NCBI GenBank assembly: GCA_048128005.1 | Contig: JBEUKZ010000011.1 | Location: 62,001-126,000, forward strand | DNA from: Veleropilina oligotropha | Lineage: Eukaryota | Length of the DNA stretch: 64,000 nucleotides | Direction of reading: 5' to 3' | In this document: in pieces, positions 63,898 to 64,000 of the stretch | Position numbering within the stretch: the first letter of the stretch is position 1 | Layout of the letters: every line of letters starts with the position of its first letter | Notes under the pieces: model-generated | The model's input: only the letters and a program-made list of their open reading frames with translations | What the model was told of the DNA's origin: nothing | Database searches by the model: none | Translations under genes and position numbers: made by a program

Positions 63898-64000
63898 CTG
63901 AAATAAAAACAAGAGTAATGTAAACGATACATTATACAATCACTATACAAGTTTTCCAGACATCTTCACGTTTTCAAACAGAAGACCATGAACTATATTG

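Overview
This is AT-rich animal DNA, probably from a lophotrochozoan such as a mollusc (inferred from the repeat families and gene structure). It is not prokaryotic. Nine coding exons on the minus strand (63897 down to 20040) splice together in phase into Ig-Ig-Ig-FN3-FN3, matching the C-terminal ectodomain of an NCAM/Fasciclin-2/apCAM-type cell adhesion molecule; the 5' exons lie beyond the window and the membrane-anchor exon is uncertain. The introns and downstream region hold an intact DIRS tyrosine-recombinase retrotransposon (35884-43313), two copies of a decayed DIRS-like family that appears to have kept moving non-autonomously (351-6861 and 25707-32356), an intact hAT transposon with a 6-bp TSD, a non-coding hAT-like element with a 5-bp TSD, a Ginger-like element, many nested Helentron-type (HINE-like) elements, a tRNA-derived SINE and several minisatellites. 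The most striking observation is that three exons of the CAM gene have their exon 3' end plus 5' splice site amplified into tandem arrays of about 80, about 65 and 4 copies. Separately, a 20 x 80-bp structured array sits between about 90-bp inverted repeats that carry a Penelope-type hammerhead-like motif. All calls come from manual reading; no searches were run.
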